DNA of 64,000 nucleotides from Bacillota bacterium (GCA_023430885.1 JAEYYH010000032.1:19279-83278); one strand, 5' to 3'; counted from the stretch's first letter, positions 37,341 through 47,577 are shown. A program made the numbers and translations. The notes: generated from the sequence alone by a model not told the origin.

Positions 37341-39592
37341 TCTTGTTCCCCCCTGAAATCACCAATTTTGTCAACTATATCTTCATAAATAACATTATCC
37401 AAAAGTTCATCTGGAATATATGAAATCACACTTGCCATATTTGGTATTTTTTTATTAATAAATACATAATCAGCAATATATAAATCACCACGATTTTTTT
37501 CTTTAATTGTTGTTTCTTTATTAAATACTAAAGCAAATTTATAACCCATCTTTTTAATTCTCTTTAAAAATTGTTTGTTTATTAATAAGTCTTCAAATGT
37601 TGTTAAAATCAGAACATTATCTTTAGCATATTTGTCATCAATAACTCTTAATAACTTTTCAAACTTTTTCTCTTTAGCATATAAACTTTTAGGAATATAT
37701 AAAATATATTTTCTATTAAAATTAGCTGAAACCATATCTTTTATTAATTGCATTGATAATAAATTTAATAGTACTGATAACTTATCTTCAGCAACAACGC
37801 CTTCGGTATAAGTTTTATCAATAACATAATCACTATAAACTTTACTAAAAGAAATATTATGTTCAAGTTCTAATCCGTACATATCTTTCTTATTACTTAA
37901 TTTATTAAATTTTAAATTAAACATATTAGTTTCTAGTTTTTGTAAAAAATATCCAAATATATCATTATATTTTTTTTGGATCTGTCCAATTTTAGCAACT
38001 ATTTGTGCTTCTTTTTGAATATCCCAATCTTTATAAAATTTTGCTATCTCTTTTTTATAAAATTCATTTCTAACCTTAATTTCTTCTATAGAATCTTTAG
38101 CACTCTCTAAATTAGCAATTAATATAAAGATATTATTATAAGTATCCACAATTTCATTATATCTCTTGTTACTACCTTTATAATTACTAATTAGTTCGTT
38201 TGCAACTTTATTTATAACTTTTTTATTTTTTAAAACTGAACTTTTTCCTGTAGACTCGATATCTTTATCACCAAAGTAATTATAGTATTTAGCATTGATG
38301 TATGTATTAATAAATATATTTTTAACTGTTATTTCTTTAGTACGAATTTTTTCATCAACTAAGATATCTATTAACTCATTTATCTCTTCTTTTTTTATAA
38401 ACATTGATGTTTCAATAATATTTTTGTGATTACCTAGTTTACTCTTTATTGATTCTAAGTTTATTTTTGTTAGAGTTTCATTATCTTCAACTATTGGTTC
38501 TTCTTCTTTTTCAGAATTCAAATCAGCATTCTTTTTTTGTTTTTTATCTTTTTGCTCAGATACTTTCATTTCATTTCTAGCGATTTCTAGTAAAGTGTCG
38601 CCTATTTCAGATGCATCAACTGGAATAACTCTAAATAATGATGTTTTATCTAAATCGTCCTCAATATCTTCTTCTTCCTCTTTTTGTGGTGCAACTTTAT
38701 ATTTATCATCAACTTCGTTAGAATCAACTGAAATAACTCTAAAAATGGATGTTTTTTCTAATTCTTCTTCTTTATGAATTTCTTCTTCAGACTTTTGAAC
38801 TGAATGTATTAACTCATCTTCTTCTTTCTCAGAATTAGCGGATACAACTTTGAAAAGTGTATTTTCTTTTTGAGCTTCAATTTTCTTTTCTTCATATTTT
38901 TTAGCATGAGCTTTTTTATATTCTTCTAAACTTTGGATTTTACCACGATGTTTATTTATATATTTAATAACTTTTTTCCTAATATTCTTAAATAATATTC
39001 CGCCTTTTTTTACTAAAGATTCAAAGATCAAATACATATTTTCTTCTTTAATATCTTCACCTTTAGCTTTTTCTGCATCTATTTTATTCTTTTTGACTGC
39101 CATATTAAATAAGAATAAAGTAATAATAAGAGTTATCAAAACACCTGGATTAAATAATGTTTTTCTAAGAATACCAAAATTACCTAGTATTTTTACTACT
39201 TTACCTACAATTTGACTTTGATCTATTGGGTCATCTTTTGCATTATTAGCATCACCCTTAGTAATATAAGTCCCATTGTAAACTTCGATAATTCTGTGTG
39301 TTATATATTCTTTATCTAATCTATAAGTTACTATATCATCAAGTTTAACTTTTTGTGTTAGTTTTACAACTATCCAATCACCGGCATTAATTGTATCCTC
39401 CATACTTCCTGTTTGGACTTCAAATATAGAATATCCAAAAAAATCAGTATAATCATTACCAAGAAGTTTAGTTTGAACACCGGTATATATAGAGACAATT
39501 AAAATAACACCAAATATAAAAATCAATATATTTAATAAAAAATTAATAATTTTCTCAATAAAATTCATATTTTTTAAATTCATATTTATCAT
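37337..39592 (-). CDS. SipW-type signal peptidase domain fused to long cytoplasmic extension (tandem repeats and degenerate EAL-like C-terminal region)
   Basis: 751 aa; TM1, QTGSMEDTINAGDWIVVK (Ser) and ITHRIIEV (His) matching canonical SipW at 34067, TM2, then ~580 aa KE-rich region with three T(S/L)(I/L)F(R/K)V(I/V)... repeats; last ~200 aa align loosely to EAL domain blocks but lack DDFGTG. Confidence 0.55.
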   Translation of the reverse strand: MINMNLKNMNFIEKIINFLLNILIFIFGVILIVSIYTGVQTKLLGNDYTDFFGYSIFEVQTGSMEDTINAGDWIVVKLTQKVKLDDIVTYRLDKEYITHRIIEVYNGTYITKGDANNAKDDPIDQSQIVGKVVKILGNFGILRKTLFNPGVLITLIITLFLFNMAVKKNKIDAEKAKGEDIKEENMYLIFESLVKKGGILFKNIRKKVIKYINKHRGKIQSLEEYKKAHAKKYEEKKIEAQKENTLFKVVSANSEKEEDELIHSVQKSEEEIHKEEELEKTSIFRVISVDSNEVDDKYKVAPQKEEEEDIEDDLDKTSLFRVIPVDASEIGDTLLEIARNEMKVSEQKDKKQKKNADLNSEKEEEPIVEDNETLTKINLESIKSKLGNHKNIIETSMFIKKEEINELIDILVDEKIRTKEITVKNIFINTYINAKYYNYFGDKDIESTGKSSVLKNKKVINKVANELISNYKGSNKRYNEIVDTYNNIFILIANLESAKDSIEEIKVRNEFYKKEIAKFYKDWDIQKEAQIVAKIGQIQKKYNDIFGYFLQKLETNMFNLKFNKLSNKKDMYGLELEHNISFSKVYSDYVIDKTYTEGVVAEDKLSVLLNLLSMQLIKDMVSANFNRKYILYIPKSLYAKEKKFEKLLRVIDDKYAKDNVLILTTFEDLLINKQFLKRIKKMGYKFALVFNKETTIKEKNRGDLYIADYVFINKKIPNMASVISYIPDELLDNVIYEDIVDKIGDFRGEQE
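38590..38880 (-). repeat. three internal protein repeats (about 35 aa each) within the SipW-fusion gene
   Basis: TLFKVVSANSEKEEDE / TSIFRVISVDSNEVDD / TSLFRVIPVDASEIGD followed by acidic spacers. Confidence 0.5.
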
Positions 39593-39845
39593 TCCTACTC
39601 CATTTTTCGACCATATTCTATCTTATATAATTTTATCACATTAAAATACTATTTACAATAATATGAAACTTTTTTCTAATAAAAAATCAAATGCAAAAAT
39701 GAGCTTTATTTTAAAAGAAATTACTAAAAAACTATAGTTATTTTATTTTAATTAAAGTATAAACTTAAATTAATAAAGACACATAATCATTGATCATGTG
39801 TCTTTAACTTATATTATTAATTATTTTTATAAATACTGGCCTTGA

Positions 39846-40379
39846 TTATTTTATATAATCTTCTTTACCATATTTAATTTCAACAACTAGAGCATAAAAT
39901 TCATAAATAAATATTAAGAAACTTGGTACAAGAACTATAAATAAGAAACCCCATTTAGATTCTATTACAGATAAATAAGTACCTATATTGTTATAAACTT
40001 TACTAGCTTCACCTACTACAAATTTTGTTGAATATGTAGAACCATTTTCATAAGTAATTGCTTCATCAGCTTCATGAACTTCGCCTACTTTACCTAAATC
40101 AATACTTACGCTACCATCGCTAGCTACTTTATAAACAAATATTTCATCATCAACAGCGATTTCAGTTATTTTTCTTGATTCAACAAGTACTAAATCACCT
40201 TTTTTAAAATTATCCGAAGTAATATCGCCTTTTATTAAAATTAGAGAAGTGTCCCCAAATTGAGTAACTCCATAGTCATTATAATTTAATAGTAATACTG
40301 TCATTGCTATTGCAAAGCCAAAGAATACTACTCCTAAAACTCCTATAACAATTTTTTTAATGATCTCTAGTATCTTCAT
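39846..40379 (-). CDS. SipW-like membrane protein lacking catalytic Ser/His (possible inactive paralog)
   Basis: 177 aa with the same TM - beta-rich domain - TM topology and GD..V.V spacing as SipW, but SGSMEP replaced by FGDTSL and no ITH motif. Confidence 0.3.
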   Translation of the reverse strand: MKILEIIKKIVIGVLGVVFFGFAIAMTVLLLNYNDYGVTQFGDTSLILIKGDITSDNFKKGDLVLVESRKITEIAVDDEIFVYKVASDGSVSIDLGKVGEVHEADEAITYENGSTYSTKFVVGEASKVYNNIGTYLSVIESKWGFLFIVLVPSFLIFIYEFYALVVEIKYGKEDYIK

Positions 40380-40465
40380 TTTTTTACCACCTATTCTATT
40401 TATATAATAACATAAAAAGATTCTTATATCAATGATTTAATCGAAAATATGACATTAATTTTAAA

Positions 40466-41392
40466 TTAACAACCATCTGTTTCTTCAAGAGTAAATTCAC
40501 TAGCATTATACGTTGTATTAAAGCTTTTACTATAAAACATATAGCTTAAACTATCTTTCGCGTTGATATTAAACTTAATCTCATTTATGTAATTATTTGC
40601 GTCTGTATTAGCAGTACTATACTCGCTACTATCTGCATTTATTATTAATTTACTAGCGTCCCAAGTTACTTTAACGCATTTCGTAGTTGAGGAAGGATTA
40701 GTAACAATTAGTCTGTCATAATTAGAATAATTTTTATAAGATAAAGTTACATCATTACTTTTAGTACCGGCTTTATGAAGTGTAAAATCTCCACTTAAGG
40801 TTTTACTGTATGGTGTTGTGCTAGATACTGTAACATTAACTACGACATCATTAATTTCATAATTAGTATCGGTTAAAACAACATCAAAATAAAGGTTCTT
40901 TGTTACAATTTGATTAACCCAATCATACCCGTTTAGTTCACAATCTGTTTTATTAAAAGAGCTAACATCTACTTGATCACCAGTTTTATTACTACATGCT
41001 TGCAAACTAGATAAAACTCCATCCTGTGAATTTAAATCAGTACCATTCATATGGCATTCAGCATAAGCTGCTGCATCTCCTGTTACAGTACATGTGGCAG
41101 TATAACCTATATCATAATCTGTTATAACACTTTGATTAAGACTATTATTAATACTAAAGTTAATACTGCCACCATCCCACTGACTATTTGCATTCTTAAC
41201 TACAGTTCCTGAAGCTAATTGTTCACTGCTAAAGTAAAAACCTTTAGATTTCAAGTAATAATTCCAAACAGAATTTGAAATATATTTTGCAGAAGTAATG
41301 CCATAAATAACTGCTATGCTACAAACTAACAATATAGATATTAAAATTATATGTTTTTTCTTACTTTTCATAAACATCATCCTAATCTTCAA
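40466..41392 (-). CDS. secreted Ser/Thr/Asn-rich protein with signal anchor (SipW-cognate-like)
   Basis: 308 aa; h-region then GITSAKYISNS; C-terminal Cys. Confidence 0.4.
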   Translation of the reverse strand: MKIRMMFMKSKKKHIILISILLVCSIAVIYGITSAKYISNSVWNYYLKSKGFYFSSEQLASGTVVKNANSQWDGGSINFSINNSLNQSVITDYDIGYTATCTVTGDAAAYAECHMNGTDLNSQDGVLSSLQACSNKTGDQVDVSSFNKTDCELNGYDWVNQIVTKNLYFDVVLTDTNYEINDVVVNVTVSSTTPYSKTLSGDFTLHKAGTKSNDVTLSYKNYSNYDRLIVTNPSSTTKCVKVTWDASKLIINADSSEYSTANTDANNYINEIKFNINAKDSLSYMFYSKSFNTTYNASEFTLEETDGC

Positions 41393-41933
41393 GTTTTTGC
41401 CAACTTCTAATCTCTATATTAATGTAATCCACCAAATCAGAATATGATGTAGAATTATATTCATTTGGGAAATCTATTTTTAATATGTAATTATCAAGTT
41501 CTTCAGTACTATGGCCTATTTCCTCTGTTGGGGTTGTACACACTAACTCATTTGATGAGTTTCGTGTATACGTTTCATCACAAGTCATTATTAATTCCTC
41601 AGTCTCACCATTCAATTTATAAAGTTTAATTGCAAGTGGAACTAAATGATATGTTTTGACTGTCATTTGATATTCAGCAGTAATGTTACTTTTACTACCA
41701 GAAGCATTATTGCTTACAGCAAAGGTATATTCTTTACTATCCCCAGGATTTAAATCAATTAAAGGTAACTGAATTTGATTTGAACTTTCGGCATTAAATA
41801 TAAATTTTGCTATACTTTGATCACCTGAACTAAGTGAAGTATTTGAATGGAAAATAGAATATGTTATACCAAAACAGAACACTATTGATATTAATATAAA
41901 TAGAGTTATTAAAATTTTGTATTTTAATTTCAT
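41382..41933 (-). CDS. TasA/camelysin-like secreted protein
   Basis: 183 aa; signal FCFGITYSIFHS; IDLNPGDSKEYTFAVSNNASGS parallels B. subtilis TasA NLKPGDKLTKDFQFENNGS. Confidence 0.5.
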   Translation of the reverse strand: MKLKYKILITLFILISIVFCFGITYSIFHSNTSLSSGDQSIAKFIFNAESSNQIQLPLIDLNPGDSKEYTFAVSNNASGSKSNITAEYQMTVKTYHLVPLAIKLYKLNGETEELIMTCDETYTRNSSNELVCTTPTEEIGHSTEELDNYILKIDFPNEYNSTSYSDLVDYINIEIRSWQKLED

Positions 41934-41941
41934 ATCTTTAC

Positions 41942-44900
41942 CTATTTAACAATAAAATGTTTTTCTATTGTTCCTATCTTTTTAGTATCATCATATAATT
42001 CAAAAACAAATTTATACCCTGTATTTTCAAAACTAGCTGTTATCAAGTTTAATCCAAAACTGTTGTTTTCAGTTGGAGTAGCCGAAACATAATAAACATT
42101 TTGTGAAACTGCATTTAAATTATCGCTAACATAAGAAGCTAAATCAACAATTGTATAATCTTGATTATATGCTGTTAAATTATTTTTCTTATATAATGAA
42201 ACTCTTATATTTGGATTAATTAATAAACCATTTTGAGAAATATTAAACAAAACATTTACTGATTCACTTGTTTTATTTATTATACGATTTGTATCGTTCA
42301 TACTAGCGTTGAAACCATATATAGTATTCAAACTTGTTCTTGTTACATTAACTGGAATAAGTATATTTTGCGCACCTAGTTCGTCACAATATTCACCATC
42401 AATAGAAGTATAATTTGAAACTTTCAAATAATATGTTCCTTCTGGTAAATCATCATTATTGGCATATGTTGTTACTGTAAGAGTTTTAGTAACATCAGCA
42501 ATTCCATTATTTAGATTAATATGAATCATATTATCTGATTCAGGATAATATGTAGCATTTCCTATTTTAAATATAAAATTTTTCAAATGTGATTTTTCAA
42601 TAGTATTGCCATTGCTATCAACAAGCTTTATTAATAAACCAATTTGTTTATCTTCAAAAGTTGTGTCAACTATTTTAAAATCATTTATAAACTTATAATT
42701 TAAACCACTAGTTAAATTGATATTAGTAGTAGAATTACTATTAAATTCTATTGCATTTCCACTATAATCAGTAGTTAATGATAAAGTAGCCTTTGTATCA
42801 GTAGCATTTACTGTAGAGTATATATTAAATTTATTAATTGTATTATATAAAGTTGGTCTAACATTAATATCACTTGGGCTACGTAGTTCCATAGATAAAC
42901 TAACATCATTATAATTTACGGAAATGTCGGTATCAGCAAGATCCATAACAATTGTGAAATCCTCTGTAACTACACCATTATTATAATAAGTTGTTTCAGT
43001 ATAATAATTATTAACTGTTGCTGTCCCTATTTCTTTAAATAAAGTAAATGGATATGTTGCTTTTTTAATACAATTTAAATCTTCAACGCCACAACTACTA
43101 TTATAATTATAAATATCTGTAGCAGTTGTTATTTTATATTCATAAACTTTTTTTGTAGCATTATCTATTAAGGTTAGTTTTGTTCCTAATGGAAGAAGCA
43201 TATTTGCAACTAAGTTATGAGTATAGTCTGTTAAATTAGTTGCTTCTGAATTTGAATAACTAAAGTCTATCGTAATAGTTGATTTATCAGTTATATAAGG
43301 ATCTGCATTTAAATAACTTGAAGAGTTTCTTCCAATTACTAAATTTGACTCAGTATAACCATCTAAATTAATATAGTCAGTATTTATGTAAGTAACATAA
43401 TCAAAACTATCCACTATTTTTATATATACAACTTGTTTGCCAGTATTTTGTATTAATATTTCATTAGAATATGTAGTCCATTTATCATTAGATAATGCAT
43501 CTAATTCTGCAGTATTTAGTGAATCATTAGTAATGTAATATTCAATACTTGATACTCCTGAAATCGCATCTGATGCATCTACTGTAATAGTTTTTTGTCT
43601 ATCAATATATATACCATCCAAATTTGATTTTAAACTTGTCCACTTATAATCATCAAGATTAACACTAGCTTTTACACCCGGCAAATCTAAAACTAATACA
43701 TCAGTATTTAAATATGTAACATTATTATCATAATCTACAACTTTAACATATATAACATAAACACCTTCTGTTGTTATTTGTTCAATATCACTATATGAAG
43801 TCCATGCTGTTATTTGAGATATTTCTGTACTTGTAAGTGGTGTACTAGAATTGCTAATATAATAATATTTTTCTTTAACAGGGTTTAATTCATCAGCATC
43901 TTCAATACTAAAAGTAATATTAGAAGTTAATCTTAAGTTATTTAATTCATAACTTAAATTATTCCATGAATATGCACTTACATTTATATTTGCTATTGGT
44001 TTATTAATATCATCAATAAACAATATTGGTAATGAATCAGTCTCATATATCCATGCATTTTCATTATTTGTTACGATGTCTTGAAAATCCACGAATTCAT
44101 TAAAATGTAGAACACTTATATCTACACTTTTTGTTTTCAAGTTATCTAAGGTAGTTAATACAAAATCACCATTTGTTACTCCGCCTTTTATAGCAGAAAC
44201 ACCATTAACATAATATGAATTGGTTATATTAACATTTGAATTATATATAGTTCCAATACTATAATCTGAAGCTGATGTATTAAATGTATTACTTATTGAA
44301 ATAGCACCGGTATTATTAGATGCAATACCAATTAAACCACCAAAATTTGTGGAAGTTATATAACCAGTATTATAACTTTTTTCTATATTAATATCATTAA
44401 TACTTTTTTCGATAATACCTACTAAACCACCGCTTATATAAGTACTTTTAATATTACCAGTATTATAAGATTGATTTACACTAGTTGAATTATTAGTAAC
44501 CCCTACTAAACCCCCACTAATTGAATAACCATATATAGAACCTTTATTTATTGTATTTTCTATTGTTGTATTGTTAGAAATTGCAACTATACCTGCAGAA
44601 ACTGCGTATTTATAGGCAATGTTATAACTTAAATTAGAGAAAGTCAATGTATCCCCTTCAGTTGCATTAGTATATGTCAAAACAGGCACATTATTTAGTA
44701 TATTAGTACCTAAATCAATTGAAAAGTTTCCGCCTGTTACTACTTGTCCATTTATAGTAATCGTAGCATCAGCACCATTTAAACCATCAATAACATAGTT
44801 ACCAGTAATTGATGTTGAAACAATCTCTGCACCAGTTAAAGGAATATTATTTGTTAAATCTATATAATTTGTTGTCTCATAATTTTGCATGTTTATTACA

Positions 44901-45640
44901 GGAGATGCTGGAGTACTACTAATATTCTTTGAGTCTAAAGTACTTTTACCAACTACATAACCATCAAATAAAATATTACTTAATGAAGCATTATTAGTTT
45001 TAGACGCAATACCTGCTGTTATTGTCCCACCATATATCATAGCATTTTCAACATATAAATTTTTAACTTCACCTTGTAAATTAGTAAATAGAGCTAATTC
45101 TTCACTAGTTTCATTAGTCATATATAAACCATATATTCTAAATGAATTACCATTAAAAATACCCTTAAAATTATTTAGTGAATTAAATAAATTAACTGTT
45201 CCTATTTCTGTACCAGTCATATCCACATTATCATAATATTTATTAGTATAAGGATTAACATAATATGTATGTCCGTCTAAAATATAGTTTATTTTATTAT
45301 TTTCATCATAATTAAATACGCCATTATTTATTACAATGTCGTTACTTAAAGTAAAATATGTATTATCGTAATCATTAGTTGCAAGCTGAGAATAAAAATA
45401 TGCTAACTCTGAACCTGAAGAGATTAAATATGGGTCACTAGATGAACCAGTACCACTTTTATAACTGCTAGCTACACTTCCATCCCATACAGGATTAGTT
45501 ATTAAAGTATTTCTATTTTTATATCTTGCTAAAGTTGGTATACCTACGGATAATATTAAAGCAAATATTAATATTAAAACCAAATAAGTAATTTTTTGAG
45601 TTTTTGATAATTTATTAATAAAATCTATTATTACTTTCAT
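41942..45640 (-). CDS. giant secreted surface protein with GLUG-motif repeats
   Basis: 1232 aa; signal anchor; repeated SGGLVG / FGGLIG blocks (GLUG motif), Asn/Thr/Tyr-rich beta-rich body; first gene of a four-gene operon. Confidence 0.55.
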   Translation of the reverse strand: MKVIIDFINKLSKTQKITYLVLILIFALILSVGIPTLARYKNRNTLITNPVWDGSVASSYKSGTGSSSDPYLISSGSELAYFYSQLATNDYDNTYFTLSNDIVINNGVFNYDENNKINYILDGHTYYVNPYTNKYYDNVDMTGTEIGTVNLFNSLNNFKGIFNGNSFRIYGLYMTNETSEELALFTNLQGEVKNLYVENAMIYGGTITAGIASKTNNASLSNILFDGYVVGKSTLDSKNISSTPASPVINMQNYETTNYIDLTNNIPLTGAEIVSTSITGNYVIDGLNGADATITINGQVVTGGNFSIDLGTNILNNVPVLTYTNATEGDTLTFSNLSYNIAYKYAVSAGIVAISNNTTIENTINKGSIYGYSISGGLVGVTNNSTSVNQSYNTGNIKSTYISGGLVGIIEKSINDINIEKSYNTGYITSTNFGGLIGIASNNTGAISISNTFNTSASDYSIGTIYNSNVNITNSYYVNGVSAIKGGVTNGDFVLTTLDNLKTKSVDISVLHFNEFVDFQDIVTNNENAWIYETDSLPILFIDDINKPIANINVSAYSWNNLSYELNNLRLTSNITFSIEDADELNPVKEKYYYISNSSTPLTSTEISQITAWTSYSDIEQITTEGVYVIYVKVVDYDNNVTYLNTDVLVLDLPGVKASVNLDDYKWTSLKSNLDGIYIDRQKTITVDASDAISGVSSIEYYITNDSLNTAELDALSNDKWTTYSNEILIQNTGKQVVYIKIVDSFDYVTYINTDYINLDGYTESNLVIGRNSSSYLNADPYITDKSTITIDFSYSNSEATNLTDYTHNLVANMLLPLGTKLTLIDNATKKVYEYKITTATDIYNYNSSCGVEDLNCIKKATYPFTLFKEIGTATVNNYYTETTYYNNGVVTEDFTIVMDLADTDISVNYNDVSLSMELRSPSDINVRPTLYNTINKFNIYSTVNATDTKATLSLTTDYSGNAIEFNSNSTTNINLTSGLNYKFINDFKIVDTTFEDKQIGLLIKLVDSNGNTIEKSHLKNFIFKIGNATYYPESDNMIHINLNNGIADVTKTLTVTTYANNDDLPEGTYYLKVSNYTSIDGEYCDELGAQNILIPVNVTRTSLNTIYGFNASMNDTNRIINKTSESVNVLFNISQNGLLINPNIRVSLYKKNNLTAYNQDYTIVDLASYVSDNLNAVSQNVYYVSATPTENNSFGLNLITASFENTGYKFVFELYDDTKKIGTIEKHFIVK

Positions 45641-45764
45641 AATTACCCTTCCTTCATAAAAAAATTATAGGACTTAGTATACTTTATATAAATTATTATA
45701 TCATAATATGACATATTTTGCACCACAAATATAACTTGCAATATATACAAAAAGAAACTCCTTT

Positions 45765-47432
45765 TTAAGAAGTTTCTTGCTCTTTTTTCTTTTCATTTAC
45801 ATTGATTTTTTCAACCTGAGCCATGAACCAGATCTTTTCAACTGTCGTTGAACTTTTCTCAATTTCATTTACTCTTAATAAGAATAAAATCTTATTTAAT
45901 AGTGTCTCTAATTCATCTGGATTTAAATTTTCTTCATTAAGATTAATATTATCCAGTCTATATTTATTCATGATAATTCTTGTAATATTTGTCTCTTCGA
46001 ATACTGCAACACCATTAATTATTATATTAGTTGGATTCATTGCAAATAAATCAAATTCATCACTATACTTTGCTACTTCTTCATGAACTGTAGTATTAAA
46101 TGCAGTTTGTATTGCCTTTTTTTTAAAGTAATCAAAACTATAATATAAGTGTAACAAATCAGATACAGTTAAAGAATCATTTAGTACTTCCATAACTTTT
46201 TCTTTAAAATATTCTTGAGCATAAATTTTATATAAATCATATAATTCCTTGGCAATTTTTATTGAATCAATTTTTAGTTTCTTTACAGCAGCACCTTTTG
46301 AAAAATCAAATAATAGTGGTTCACCACCAAATATTTTTTTATTCATTTTTTCAAGTTGTGATTCTTTTAAAGAAATTTTTGCTAGAGTTTCTTTTAGTGT
46401 TTTATTAGGATTATTTTTATCATTACTTCCTTTAGTAGAAGAAGATTCAACTTTTGTAATTTCCTTTTCATACTCTTTCCTAAAATTTTCAATTAATGGA
46501 GTGAATTTTATATAATTATTATATTCTTCAACATTGTTTTTTAATTTTCTTAGGGTATCATAAAACTTATCCATAAATGCTTTATCTGATATATTTGAAG
46601 AGTTAATCATTAATGAGTTGTACGCACCTATTCTTGTCTTGCTATCTTCAAAATAACTATTCATATCAATAGCTCCTGATTTAGCTAATTTTATAATATC
46701 TGCTACACTTTCACTATCTACTTCATTTAATTGATTATAAGCAATTTTAAGTTTATCTAAGCAATCTTGATAGCTAGTAATACTATTTTCAACCATTACT
46801 TTCTTTTGCAATTTATTAATATAATCTGTGAATTTTTTCTCATACTTATTAATTAATTTCAGAAAATTTAGTTCTATATGCTGAATTATTTCAGGATTGA
46901 CCCAATAAATTTTTTCAAATACTTCTGATAACTTATCACAACTACATTCTTTTGCATTTTTATTTTCCAAAAAGCATGTCATATATTCATGAACATAACA
47001 TGTATAATCAAAATCGCTACTTGTAAGTTTAATATCTGCTGATTCAAATTTTATTAAGAACTGATTAATTACTTCATTTAAAGAATCAAAATTAAAGTTA
47101 TAATAATTGCTTATTTCATAGATTAAATTATCAAAGCCAAGTTTTTCATTAACTGTATTTGTTGGATTTAGGATAAATCTAACATGCTCGAGTTCAGTTA
47201 CATTTCTATTTAGTTTTTCTAAACTTTTATCACTGTCTTTTACATTAAAACTTTTGCTCTTTGTATCAATATATTTTTTGACAGCAGCTTTATAATCAAC
47301 ATATTTTTCTGTAATTGAATCTATTTTTTCATTGAATTTCTTAATGTCTCTTTTTGTATTAGTTGGCATTGTAGAAATTAAGGTTGTTTTCATTTCGATA
47401 TCTTCGTCAATAAACTTCAAAAAATTAATCAT
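45765..47432 (-). CDS. hypothetical cytoplasmic protein
   Basis: 555 aa, no TM, KE-rich helical. Confidence 0.4.
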   Translation of the reverse strand: MINFLKFIDEDIEMKTTLISTMPTNTKRDIKKFNEKIDSITEKYVDYKAAVKKYIDTKSKSFNVKDSDKSLEKLNRNVTELEHVRFILNPTNTVNEKLGFDNLIYEISNYYNFNFDSLNEVINQFLIKFESADIKLTSSDFDYTCYVHEYMTCFLENKNAKECSCDKLSEVFEKIYWVNPEIIQHIELNFLKLINKYEKKFTDYINKLQKKVMVENSITSYQDCLDKLKIAYNQLNEVDSESVADIIKLAKSGAIDMNSYFEDSKTRIGAYNSLMINSSNISDKAFMDKFYDTLRKLKNNVEEYNNYIKFTPLIENFRKEYEKEITKVESSSTKGSNDKNNPNKTLKETLAKISLKESQLEKMNKKIFGGEPLLFDFSKGAAVKKLKIDSIKIAKELYDLYKIYAQEYFKEKVMEVLNDSLTVSDLLHLYYSFDYFKKKAIQTAFNTTVHEEVAKYSDEFDLFAMNPTNIIINGVAVFEETNITRIIMNKYRLDNINLNEENLNPDELETLLNKILFLLRVNEIEKSSTTVEKIWFMAQVEKINVNEKKKEQETS

Positions 47433-47577
47433 TTTTTTCTTCCACCTTCTCTTCTTGTACTATTTTTTTATCTTCGAGAAATTGTAAGAAATTAGTTATA
47501 TCTTCATAAACCTTAATTAATTCACTTAAACTAAGTGTTGATATATCAAAATTCACTTTTTCTTCTTCTTTTTTCAT
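47425..47577 (-). CDS. small acidic protein (50 aa) translationally coupled to 45765..47432. The ORF track does not list this ORF.
   Basis: ATG at 47577 with RBS aagggtga; MKKEEEKVNFDISTLSLSELIKVYEDITNFLQFLEDKKIVQEEKVEEKND; stop overlaps downstream ATG (ATGATTAA). Confidence 0.3.
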   Translation of the reverse strand: MKKEEEKVNFDISTLSLSELIKVYEDITNFLQFLEDKKIVQEEKVEEKND

